From Verrucomicrobiaceae bacterium (lineage in GTDB: Bacteria > Verrucomicrobiota > Verrucomicrobiia > Verrucomicrobiales > Akkermansiaceae), in the NCBI GenBank assembly GCA_051252135.1, contig JBPOGH010000005.1, positions 96,001 through 160,000 on the forward strand: DNA of 64,000 nucleotides. Reading direction: 5' to 3'. Within the stretch, counting starts at the first letter, position 1. Each line of letters opens with the position of its first letter. The position numbers and the translations under genes are program-made. Positions 1 through 8,951 of the stretch are shown here, piece by piece. Under the pieces are notes generated by a model. The model did no database searches, was not told where the DNA came from, and worked only from the letters and a program-made list of their open reading frames with translations.

Positions 1-81
1 TCAACCTCAGACGCCATTTTTTCGTCAAATACTTCTCCCTACGCACTTGATTGATCCCCTCCACCCCATGAGACTCCCGCC

Positions 82-1434
82 ATGTGGAAGGGCCGATTCT
101 CTCAAGCTACCGCCGATCTCGTTCAACAATATGGTGAATCAATCTCCTACGACTGGAGATTGTATCCCCACGATGTCGCAGGTTCCATCGCCCATGCTCG
201 GGCTCAGGTAAACGCCTCCTTACTTACTGAGGATGAATTCCTTAAGATCGAATCCGGACTTCGTGAAATCGAGAAGGAAATCGCCGCCGGAAACTTCGAA
301 TTCTCCATCGAGCTCGAAGATATTCACATGAATATCGAATCGGCCCTCACCAAAAGAATCGGTGCTGCCGGAGGCAAACTTCACACCGCTCGCTCTCGAA
401 ATGATCAGGTGGCCACCGACACCCGCCTCTACTGCCGGACCGCCATCGATGAGCTCATTTCCCTCATTTCCGGTCTCCAGGGCGCCCTGTTGAGCCAATG
501 CGAACTCAACTCCGACACCGTCGTGCCGGGCTACACCCACCTTCAGCGGGGCCAACCTGTCACCGTCGGTCACCATCTCCTCGCCTACGTCGAAATGCTG
601 GCCCGGGACAAAGACCGCCTCGCCGACACCCGCAAGCGCCTCAACATCTCCCCTCTCGGATCCGGAGCCCTCGCCGGTTCCACCATCAATCTCGACCGCG
701 AAGCCATCGCCAAAGAACTCGGCTTCGATGGCGTCACCACCAACTCGATGGACGCCATCTCGGATCGCGACTATATCGCCGAGCTCCTCTTCAACCTCAG
801 CCTTTGCGGCGCTCACCTCTCACGCCTGTCCGAAGACCTCATCCTCTGGTGCAGCAGCGAGTTTGGATTCGCCACTCTATCCGATGCCCACACCACCGGA
901 TCCTCGCTCATGCCTCAGAAGAAAAACCCCGATGTCTGCGAACTCACTCGCGGAAAAACCGGGCGCCTCTATGGCAATCTCGTCTCCATTCTCACCGCCA
1001 TCAAAGGCCTCCCTCTCACCTACAATCGGGACCTTCAGGAAGACAAGGAACCCCTCTTCGACTCCATCGACACCATGGTCCTCGCCCTCAAGGTGAATAC
1101 CGAAATGATCGCCGAAATGTCGATCAACAAGGAAAACTGCGAAGCAGCCGCAAGCGATCCCCTGCTCCTCGCCACTGATCTTGCCGACTGGCTTGTCAAG
1201 GAAGGCATCCCCTTCCGTTCGGCCCACGAACTCGTCGGAAAAGCCGTCGCCGCTTCGGTCAATCAAGGCATCCCGCTCGATCAACTCGACCTCACACAAG
1301 TCGACTCTGCCTTCACCGCGGATGCCTCCACCGTCTTCTCACTGCGCAAGGCCCTCGCCGCACGCACCAATCCGGGCGCTCCCTCGATCGTAAATGTTCA
1401 GGCTCAAATCGCCCGCTGGCAGAACGCCCTCTAA
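82..1434 (+). CDS. argH: Argininosuccinate lyase
   Basis: 450 aa; N-terminal MWKGRF, HTARSRNDQV, PGYTHLQRGQP and the lyase signature GSSLMPQKKNPD. Confidence 0.97.
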   Translation: MWKGRFSQATADLVQQYGESISYDWRLYPHDVAGSIAHARAQVNASLLTEDEFLKIESGLREIEKEIAAGNFEFSIELEDIHMNIESALTKRIGAAGGKLHTARSRNDQVATDTRLYCRTAIDELISLISGLQGALLSQCELNSDTVVPGYTHLQRGQPVTVGHHLLAYVEMLARDKDRLADTRKRLNISPLGSGALAGSTINLDREAIAKELGFDGVTTNSMDAISDRDYIAELLFNLSLCGAHLSRLSEDLILWCSSEFGFATLSDAHTTGSSLMPQKKNPDVCELTRGKTGRLYGNLVSILTAIKGLPLTYNRDLQEDKEPLFDSIDTMVLALKVNTEMIAEMSINKENCEAAASDPLLLATDLADWLVKEGIPFRSAHELVGKAVAASVNQGIPLDQLDLTQVDSAFTADASTVFSLRKALAARTNPGAPSIVNVQAQIARWQNAL

Positions 1435-4400
1435 AACTCCATCGCGTAAATCACCCGGTAGTAGCGTTGCCCCGCTACTGAGGGATGGACCCGGCTTCCA
1501 CCGTCGCCCGCGTCGGTGACCACCAGCTCACCGTTGGCCGGCACTGTCAGGTCTTCTACAAGAATGTTCCAGTCACTCAAATTGTGACTCCACTGCACCG
1601 AGTGCTTGCGTCCCTGAAGCGCATCAAAGCGAATCTCACTCTCCCCCGTGACCAGAGATCTCACGCTGGTCTTGGGAGCCTTTTCAAAATCCAAAAGACG
1701 GGGACTCAGTCCGAAAATATACTCCTCCAGATTCGTGAGGGAATCACCGTCGTAGTCTCCCGCACCACCATGGACTCCAAAAGGATTGGTCGGCTGAAGC
1801 CCGTTCTGACTCTCCCACACATCCGGTAAATCGTCATTATCGTTATCGGCAAGTGAGGTCTGGGCCGCCTTCACCAATTCCGTATCGGAAAGAACCACCG
1901 ATCCCCGGCGATGCACCGCGCGCACATGATGGAGGAAGTCCGGATTGCCATTGTAGAGATTGGGAAAGGTAAACGATACCGCATGCTCCGTGGCATTGAC
2001 ATCACGCTCCAGCGCCAGACGGGTCGGACTTTGCAACACCTCGTTCTCCGCCGATCCACTTACCGTGCTCCCGATCAACACCTCCACCTCGGCCAAAAAC
2101 TGCGCATCGCTCATCCCGCTGGTGAGCAGCTCCTTCTTGAAGAAAAACTTCATCTGCCACCCTTCCTGCCAGACCTCGCCTGGCCCACCCGGAATTCCAA
2201 TGTTCCAGTTCGTTGAACTCCCCGTGGTCACACTCCGCGTCAAGGTCGTAAACCAACCCGCCTCATCACTGAGATCATTGTTGGTGGACGAACTCGCCTC
2301 GCGCAAGCGCACCTCAATATTCGCCGTCCCGGTGTCGGGTATGTCGACATACTCAAAACGCCATTCTTTCTCCCAATCACTGTCCCTCAAAAAACTCGTC
2401 GCATTCTGCAGCGTCGCGTCCTGCCACGCACTCGTCCCCTCGATATTGTGAACCACCCGAAACTGCACCCCGGTCACACTCGCATCAGTCAGCACCACCG
2501 AGCCATATCCCGAACCGGCCACCGTGTCGCCTTCCCGCGGAAAGGCCACCGTCCCTCCGGGCTTCTCCACATCGTAGTAGAACGTCTGGGTATTCGTCTT
2601 AAAAATCGATGATCCGTCGGTCCGCTTCACGAACGACCGCGTCCGCAACACATGAAACCCCTCCTCCAGCCCCACCGCCTTCTCACCATAATCATTGTGC
2701 ACATGATAGTCCGCCGTCTCGGCATTGAAGCCCGATACTTCAAAAATCGTCTCCATCCGCTTCGAGATCGTAATATCCTGCTCACTCCACGGGAATCGGT
2801 CGGATACCACATTCTTGTGCCCCCCGATCTTATAACGCACCACCGTCCCGGCCGTCTGTGCCGGAAGAGTCGCCGTCCACCAGGTCGTCTGCCCCGTCCC
2901 GTCATTCTCACCGTTGGAATGGAAGGAAAAATCAACCACCTGCGTCACCCCTTTCCCCACTCCTCCACTCCCTTCGGGAAACGTCGTTCCATCCACGGTG
3001 TAATAAAAATGGAGCTCATCAATGCTATCCGCATATCCCACCTTCGCCCAGATCGTGACCGCCTGCCCCGACGCATCCTGTGCCGCCGGAGTAAACTGCG
3101 GAGGATTCCCCGCCAGCGGATTTCCTCCCGCCGGATCATGATAAATCCAGGTCGCCGTATTCGTCGAGGAATTGGGGCCATCCCCGTTTCCAATCGTCAC
3201 CCCGGCCGAACCAATCGTCATCTCGTAAGACTCACTCCCGATCGAACCGATCACATTTCGGGTCGTGTTCTTCGCCGCAAATTTCTCACTCACCCGACTC
3301 ACAAAACTCATCTGCTCATAGCCCAGGTAAGTATCGATCGACGTCTGGTTCACCGAATCCCCTGGGTCCTTCTGATCGTCATTCCGACCCGGGGCAAAGT
3401 CACGCTTCTCGCCCGTTGTCGGCCCGATGTTCATCTGTGAGTTGATGTCCACCCCGCCATTCAGACGCATCAAAATATTGTCCGTCGTCCCGTCCGAGCG
3501 AGCCCGAAATGTCAGATTCGAACCATCCGTCACCCGGGGAATGTAGCGCACATACGACCGGTCGCTGTCATCGCTGTCCGAAAGCCCGTCCGGATTGAAA
3601 TCCGCATCACCGTCCGGCCCGTCTGTCCGACGATGGGCCATAAAGCCGGACCGCACTCCACCCTCGTAAATCTCAATCGGCTGACGTTCCCCCGTGATGC
3701 CGTCATCCCACACATTCGGCATCTCCGGCACCCGCCACGAAAAGGCGTAGTAACCTCCCGAAGGAACTCCCACCACCCCACCATTCAAATCCCGAATCTT
3801 CCCATCGGGCTGAACCTGCACATAAAACGCCCCACCGTGCGGAGAGTAATTGCGAAGCCGCGCTCCCGTCGGAAACGAGGTCGTAATATCCCCTCGCGAA
3901 TGATACCCGCCCAAATAGTTTCGTGCCATCATCACCAGCAAGGTCGCACCATTCCAGGCTCCCTCTTTCCGCTCACGCTCATCAATCCTTTCCCATGCTG
4001 CAAAGTCTCCGTCACTCCATTTGCCCACCTGCGAACCGCGCGCAAAATCCCGGTGAACCGATAACGCCGCCGGCATAAAGTTCTGCCCGAACTGCCCCAG
4101 AAACGGGATATACGAAGGCTTCGGAAAATAATCCGGCTCCCCCGCCACGTGGTATCCATCCGTGTACACAATCGAAACTCCTTCCTTCATTAGCATCCAC
4201 GCATGGGCCTGCTCGCGATCATCACTAAAAAGGTGATTGTTGTCATGGCTCATCACGTAGCTCATCGACTGCGACGCATTCCCGTTGTAATGCCCCCAGC
4301 CCCCTTCATGCATGCCATTCATATCCCCGCCAATGCTCCCCTTCACCGCATTCAACATCCCGTCGCTCGCAATCCGCATGCCCGAGTTCAAATACCCTTC

Positions 4401-5621
4401 AAATCCCGGAGGGCCTCCCAAATGCTCCCCGTATAAAAGAGCATCATCCCGCGCCTGATATTCGGTATTGAAAACAGAATCACGATGATTGTTCCAGTCA
4501 CTGTATCCGCGGCTCAAATTAAACTGTTCCTGAATCGCCCCATTGTAACCCCAATTGACATAGTCCTTGTCCGCTCCCGTTTGCTTTCCAAAAAAGGAGT
4601 TCGGCACATGCTTCACCGCATCAAGACGGAAGCCGTCCGGCTTGGCCGTATCAACAAACCAACGCACCGCCCGATAAAGCATCGCGTTCACATCCTCCGC
4701 CACCGGATCACCCATATTATAAACCCCGTCCCCAAATCCCCACTGCGCCGTCTGCCGCCATGACACCGTGGGATCGACCCCCGTATCATCAAAAGGCTCC
4801 GACGCCTCACCCACATCATGCTGACCATTGCCGTTCGTATCCGTCCAATCAAACCGGCCGTTCCCCTCTCCCAAATCATCCGTGTCAGCCACCCCGTCAA
4901 TACCCAGGTCCTGATACGGCTCCCGATCGGCGAACGGATGCATCGTCTCCCCCGTCTGCGGATTAGTCACACTGAGATCGCGATCCTGATAGCGCTCCGA
5001 CATCCCCGGATGCCGGACTCCACTCCACTTCGCATACTGGCTGGCCTCCTGCAAACCGGTGGCATCAAACGATAGGTTCACCCCATTCTCATTCGCAATA
5101 TCCCAGGCAAACGGGTTCCGGTTCAACACCTGCCACTCGTCATTCCAATCCGGCCAATCCGCAAATTTCTGCCAACCCGTTCCATTCCACCCGATATGAA
5201 AATCCTCCGGCACGAACCCCGGGACATTCGGAAAGAGCTCACCCGGCTGCGTCCCCGGATCCAAATATCCCGCATTGTGAGCCATCACATTATCAAAATA
5301 AACCCGAATCCCGAAACGGTGCGCCATTTCCATCAATCGCAATAAATCCGCCTTGGAACCATACTTCGTCGGCAAGGAGCCCGACTGGTCAATATCCCCC
5401 AGGTCAAACCGGTCAAAGGTATCAAAACCCACCGAGTACGCGCCCGCACCCGCTTTGAATGGAGGCGGCAGCCAGAGAGAATCATACCCCGCCTCCGCCA
5501 ACTCGGGCAGACGGGCCTCGATCTCCTTCCACGGCGTGTTGAAATATTGCAAAACCACCTCCGCGCGGGTCACCCCCGAAAACATCAGGGTGGCAAATAG
5601 CGTGGTGCGTAAAAAGCTCAT
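1431..5621 (-). CDS. Large secreted alpha-amylase family (GH13) glycoside hydrolase with C-terminal accessory domains
   Basis: Signal peptide (MSFLRTTLFATLMFSGVTRA); GYDSLWLPP, FDNVMAH, catalytic GFRLDAVKH / YGEH / SHDN; long beta-rich C-terminal half. Start chosen at ATG 5621 (ORF track 5642). Confidence 0.85.
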   Translation of the reverse strand: MSFLRTTLFATLMFSGVTRAEVVLQYFNTPWKEIEARLPELAEAGYDSLWLPPPFKAGAGAYSVGFDTFDRFDLGDIDQSGSLPTKYGSKADLLRLMEMAHRFGIRVYFDNVMAHNAGYLDPGTQPGELFPNVPGFVPEDFHIGWNGTGWQKFADWPDWNDEWQVLNRNPFAWDIANENGVNLSFDATGLQEASQYAKWSGVRHPGMSERYQDRDLSVTNPQTGETMHPFADREPYQDLGIDGVADTDDLGEGNGRFDWTDTNGNGQHDVGEASEPFDDTGVDPTVSWRQTAQWGFGDGVYNMGDPVAEDVNAMLYRAVRWFVDTAKPDGFRLDAVKHVPNSFFGKQTGADKDYVNWGYNGAIQEQFNLSRGYSDWNNHRDSVFNTEYQARDDALLYGEHLGGPPGFEGYLNSGMRIASDGMLNAVKGSIGGDMNGMHEGGWGHYNGNASQSMSYVMSHDNNHLFSDDREQAHAWMLMKEGVSIVYTDGYHVAGEPDYFPKPSYIPFLGQFGQNFMPAALSVHRDFARGSQVGKWSDGDFAAWERIDERERKEGAWNGATLLVMMARNYLGGYHSRGDITTSFPTGARLRNYSPHGGAFYVQVQPDGKIRDLNGGVVGVPSGGYYAFSWRVPEMPNVWDDGITGERQPIEIYEGGVRSGFMAHRRTDGPDGDADFNPDGLSDSDDSDRSYVRYIPRVTDGSNLTFRARSDGTTDNILMRLNGGVDINSQMNIGPTTGEKRDFAPGRNDDQKDPGDSVNQTSIDTYLGYEQMSFVSRVSEKFAAKNTTRNVIGSIGSESYEMTIGSAGVTIGNGDGPNSSTNTATWIYHDPAGGNPLAGNPPQFTPAAQDASGQAVTIWAKVGYADSIDELHFYYTVDGTTFPEGSGGVGKGVTQVVDFSFHSNGENDGTGQTTWWTATLPAQTAGTVVRYKIGGHKNVVSDRFPWSEQDITISKRMETIFEVSGFNAETADYHVHNDYGEKAVGLEEGFHVLRTRSFVKRTDGSSIFKTNTQTFYYDVEKPGGTVAFPREGDTVAGSGYGSVVLTDASVTGVQFRVVHNIEGTSAWQDATLQNATSFLRDSDWEKEWRFEYVDIPDTGTANIEVRLREASSSTNNDLSDEAGWFTTLTRSVTTGSSTNWNIGIPGGPGEVWQEGWQMKFFFKKELLTSGMSDAQFLAEVEVLIGSTVSGSAENEVLQSPTRLALERDVNATEHAVSFTFPNLYNGNPDFLHHVRAVHRRGSVVLSDTELVKAAQTSLADNDNDDLPDVWESQNGLQPTNPFGVHGGAGDYDGDSLTNLEEYIFGLSPRLLDFEKAPKTSVRSLVTGESEIRFDALQGRKHSVQWSHNLSDWNILVEDLTVPANGELVVTDAGDGGSRVHPSVAGQRYYRVIYAMEF

Positions 5622-5688
5622 GGCGGTAGATAAGACTCCCATCTCACCTCCTTATGTCAAACTTCACCGATACGTTGCCTGACTTCGC

Positions 5689-7338
5689 TTAAAAAATGGA
5701 ATCCATCGCCTTCCGCTCCGCTTCCGTCACAAAGGTCGACTCCGTAGCCTCCTGGGCCGCAATGCGCATCTGCATCTTCAGCGTCTCCACCGGCACCGGC
5801 GGACGACTCGTCTCCAGCACCTCCCGAAGCGCCGCCACCTCATCATGCGACCCCGCCTTCACCAGCCGAACCGCCTTCACCGCCAGCGCTTCCGCTCCCC
5901 CCGCCGTCATCAAACTAGGCATCAAAGGCAAAAACTCCTGCCACTCCTTCTTCGAAATCTTAATCCCTCGCTTCCCGCACAAGGCCCGGAACAGCTTCAG
6001 CGCCTCCTCCGGCTCCACCGCCGGAAAAATCGGAATCTTCACATCAATCCGTCCCGGACGCTTCAGATCAACCTCAATCAAATCCGGCCGACTCGACGCC
6101 AAAATCCACACAATCTTCCCCCGGTTCCGCGGATTCGACATCTCCTTCGCCATCATCGAATACACCCGGCTCGACACCCCCGAATCTCCTCCTCCCGACG
6201 CACGCTTCCCCAGCGCCTGATCCGCCTCATCCACAAACACCATGCAGCGACCCAGCGCATGCAGCAGTGAAAAAATCTTCTCCAGATTCGCCTCCGTACT
6301 CCCCACCCAACGATCCCGAAAGTTCTTCAACACCACCACCGGCACCCCCGCCTCACCTGCCAGACACTCCGCCAGATAAGTCTTCCCCGTCCCCACCGGC
6401 CCGCAAAAAAGATACCCCATCGGCATCGCCTCCAGCTCGTCCCGCCGCCACAATTCCAAATCCTGCCGCAACCACTTCTTCACCCCTTCCAGCCCGATCA
6501 CATCGTTGAGCGAACGATCCGGTTCAATAAACTCAATCAACCCCCCGCAATCACGCTCCACCAACTCCTTCTTCAAGCGCCCAAAGTCCGGCTCCGTCAG
6601 CGGTTCCTTATCGAAATGTCGCCGCCTCAAAAGCTCCTCAACCGCACTCACCGTCGCACCACGCAGTCGCGACGCCGCCCACCCGAACCGCTCGCCAACC
6701 TCACCCAACGCCGCCGAACAACGTTTCGCCAAACAGGCGATCACCCCCTCCAAATGATCGGCATCCGGTAAGGGCACCTCAATCTCCGCCACCGCCGGAT
6801 GATTCGCTACCAACGGGTGCAATTCATTCAAACTCTCGGACAGCAAAAACACCGCCTCCCCATGCGCCGGCAAATCAACCTCCGACGCCCACGCCCGCCA
6901 AATACTCGCCAACGCATGCAAATCATAATTCAGCGCATTCGGAAGCGCCGGACACACCAGATGCGCCCCCTTCACAATCACCGCCACCTTCGGCGCCTTC
7001 GCTCCCACCGCCTGCAGATTCCGCACATAGGTCAGATACTGGTTCAAAAAACGCATCGCCTCCAGCGGCGCCGACGGATAATCGCCATCCCGCCATTTCG
7101 CGAACTCACCACGACCCCGCTCCACCTTGATCCCCGCTCCCAGATCATAGCTCAGCACCACTTCAAAACGCGGCACCAGCACCTCACTCAAAAAATCCCC
7201 CAGCGTCCCCAGTCGGGGCTCCTTCAGATGAAGCAACATCCGGTCATTCACGTTTCCGTGAAGCACAAAGCAACCCGCCGACCCGCTTTCATAGCGGTCG
7301 ATCACTTCCTGCGACCACTCTGACAGCCCTTTCCTCAT
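5689..7338 (-). CDS. Classical-clade AAA+ ATPase with a large N-terminal, probably degenerate AAA-like, region
   Basis: Walker A GPVGTGKT, Walker B VFVDEAD, pore loop RWVGSTE, second region of homology ASSRPDLIEVDLKRPGRID. Confidence 0.9.
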   Translation of the reverse strand: MRKGLSEWSQEVIDRYESGSAGCFVLHGNVNDRMLLHLKEPRLGTLGDFLSEVLVPRFEVVLSYDLGAGIKVERGRGEFAKWRDGDYPSAPLEAMRFLNQYLTYVRNLQAVGAKAPKVAVIVKGAHLVCPALPNALNYDLHALASIWRAWASEVDLPAHGEAVFLLSESLNELHPLVANHPAVAEIEVPLPDADHLEGVIACLAKRCSAALGEVGERFGWAASRLRGATVSAVEELLRRRHFDKEPLTEPDFGRLKKELVERDCGGLIEFIEPDRSLNDVIGLEGVKKWLRQDLELWRRDELEAMPMGYLFCGPVGTGKTYLAECLAGEAGVPVVVLKNFRDRWVGSTEANLEKIFSLLHALGRCMVFVDEADQALGKRASGGGDSGVSSRVYSMMAKEMSNPRNRGKIVWILASSRPDLIEVDLKRPGRIDVKIPIFPAVEPEEALKLFRALCGKRGIKISKKEWQEFLPLMPSLMTAGGAEALAVKAVRLVKAGSHDEVAALREVLETSRPPVPVETLKMQMRIAAQEATESTFVTEAERKAMDSIF

Positions 7339-7344
7339 CGTAAA

Positions 7345-7497
7345 TTATTCTGGATCGGGAATCTCAAGATCATCCGCGATCTCGAGACCCGGATCCTCAA
7401 TCTCAACCGGAGCATCCTTCAGCATGCTCCACCACACCCCGCCGCCCACCGCGAAAAGGATCACCAGAACAAGCCAAACGAGAGTCGTCTTTTTCAT
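7345..7497 (-). CDS. Small single-pass membrane protein (50 aa) with acidic tail, absent from ORF track
   Basis: Read by hand: MKKTTLVWLVLVILFAVGGGVWWSMLKDAPVEIEDPGLEIADDLEIPDPE*; fills the gap between pspA-like and ATPase genes with 6 nt on each side. Confidence 0.75.
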   Translation of the reverse strand: MKKTTLVWLVLVILFAVGGGVWWSMLKDAPVEIEDPGLEIADDLEIPDPE

Positions 7498-7503
7498 CAA
7501 CGA

Positions 7504-8259
7504 TTAAACAGATTCGCTCTCTGGTCCCATCGAGGTCTTCGTCGTCTCGGAGGGCTTCGCCTCCGCCGCCGGAGCAGACTCAAGCTCGATCCCTTCCTGC
7601 GCCGCAAACTCAGCCAATGCCATATCAGCCAACGCTTCCTGCTCGGACTCCTTGGCTTCGATGCCCGACATATCAATCTGATCACGCGCTACCCGGGCCC
7701 GTCCTGCCGCCTTCGTCCGCTCATCCTCCACCAACTCTTCGAGTCGATTCAAAGTGTCACCGGATCCTCCGATTTCAGTCACCATCCCGGCCGCCATCTC
7801 GTTGAGCTCCGCCATCGCCTTGGTCACCTTCATCTCATCCAGATCACGGGCCAGCTGCTCCATCCGGGCACGGGCCGTCTTCACGCTCACTTCCTTGGCC
7901 TTCACCAACTCCTTGTAACGCGTTTCCGCGGCTTCCATCTGAACCTTCACTTCATCGTGCTCCGCATCCACCGCCTTGAGCTTCAACGCCAGCTGCCCTG
8001 CCGCCTCACGATTTCCCGCCTTCAGATTGGCCGTCGTCTTCGCCCGCAACTCGGTTTCCTCACGATCCAGCTTCTTCACCCGCGAAATCAATTTCTCAAC
8101 CAGCCCGGCATGCGCCGCCAGCCCTTTGTTGAATTCCGCAATCTGACTCCGCAGATTCTCCTTCTCCAACTCAAGGAGCGCTTCCGGATTTTTCTTCTCC
8201 ATTCCGCTCACAAAGAGCCCAAAAAATCCCTTCACCAGGTTGGCCAGTCGTTTAAACAT
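7504..8259 (-). CDS. pspA: PspA/IM30 (Vipp1; bacterial ESCRT-III family) protein
   Basis: 251 aa; amphipathic N-terminal helix MFKRLANLVKGFFGLFVSGMEKKNPEALLE, long coiled coil, 'DTLNRLEELV' region, low-complexity tail. Confidence 0.88.
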   Translation of the reverse strand: MFKRLANLVKGFFGLFVSGMEKKNPEALLELEKENLRSQIAEFNKGLAAHAGLVEKLISRVKKLDREETELRAKTTANLKAGNREAAGQLALKLKAVDAEHDEVKVQMEAAETRYKELVKAKEVSVKTARARMEQLARDLDEMKVTKAMAELNEMAAGMVTEIGGSGDTLNRLEELVEDERTKAAGRARVARDQIDMSGIEAKESEQEALADMALAEFAAQEGIELESAPAAEAKPSETTKTSMGPESESV

Positions 8260-8275
8260 AATCGAATATCTACCG

Positions 8276-8288
8276 GAACAGTGTGTTC
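8276..8288. promoter_or_regulatory. Palindrome GAACA-gtg-TGTTC upstream of the pspA-like gene (candidate operator)
   Basis: Perfect 5-bp inverted repeat 16 nt upstream of the ATG, overlapping a possible -10 (TTGCGC-17-CACACT on the - strand). Confidence 0.3.
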
Positions 8289-8327
8289 AAACCACCGCCA
8301 CGGCGCAAGTACAAGACTGGCTTCCTT

Positions 8328-8951
8328 TTATAAGCCCCACGGCACCCGATGCCCGGCACCTCTCACCACCTCCAATCTTCCCTCCGGAATCAGCGGAACC
8401 ACTTCCTCCGCCAACCTCACAAATTTCTCATCTTTCTCCCCCACCACCCACCGCACCGGACACCGGATCGCACCCAGCCTCGACCGCAAATCCTCCTGCC
8501 TCCCCAACGACCAACACCGAAAACTCCGCGCCACTTCCTTCCGTCGCTCCACCAATTTTAAACGATCCCCCCAATCCGGCTCCCCACCCAATATCCCCTG
8601 CCCGTTCCATTCCTCCAAAAAACGCCCCCAATCCTCCTCCGCCAACCGCGCCCATCGCTCATCCGTCTCAACCCTCTCCTCCCGCCCCTCCAACAGCCCC
8701 GGATGTGCCGAATAAATCACCGCCTCTTTCCACTCACAGCGGCCCGATAACAACGCATGCAGCGCAATCCGCCCTCCCATCGAATACCCCATCAGACGAT
8801 CTCCATCCTCCGCCCCCTCCGCAATCCGCTCACCCGCCTCTGCCAGCGAACACTCCCCCTCCTCTAACAAATTCCACAAATCAACCCCCTCGTGACCCAA
8901 GGACTTCCAGTCCTCCGCCATCCCCACCGCCCCATGCAAACAATGAATCAT
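8328..8951 (-). CDS. Alpha/beta hydrolase, MenH-like
   Basis: MIHCLHGAVG oxyanion region, GYSMGG nucleophile elbow, GEKD and GAGH triad residues; ATGA overlap with upstream HAD gene. Confidence 0.8.
   Translation of the reverse strand: MIHCLHGAVGMAEDWKSLGHEGVDLWNLLEEGECSLAEAGERIAEGAEDGDRLMGYSMGGRIALHALLSGRCEWKEAVIYSAHPGLLEGREERVETDERWARLAEEDWGRFLEEWNGQGILGGEPDWGDRLKLVERRKEVARSFRCWSLGRQEDLRSRLGAIRCPVRWVVGEKDEKFVRLAEEVVPLIPEGRLEVVRGAGHRVPWGL

Noticed and set aside
5689..7338. AAA ATPase as part of an anti-phage system (e.g. CBASS Cap6/TRIP13 or an ATPase-protease pair)
   Set aside because: No CD-NTase, HORMA, nuclease or subtilase neighbours; the context is pspA-linked and host-like in composition.
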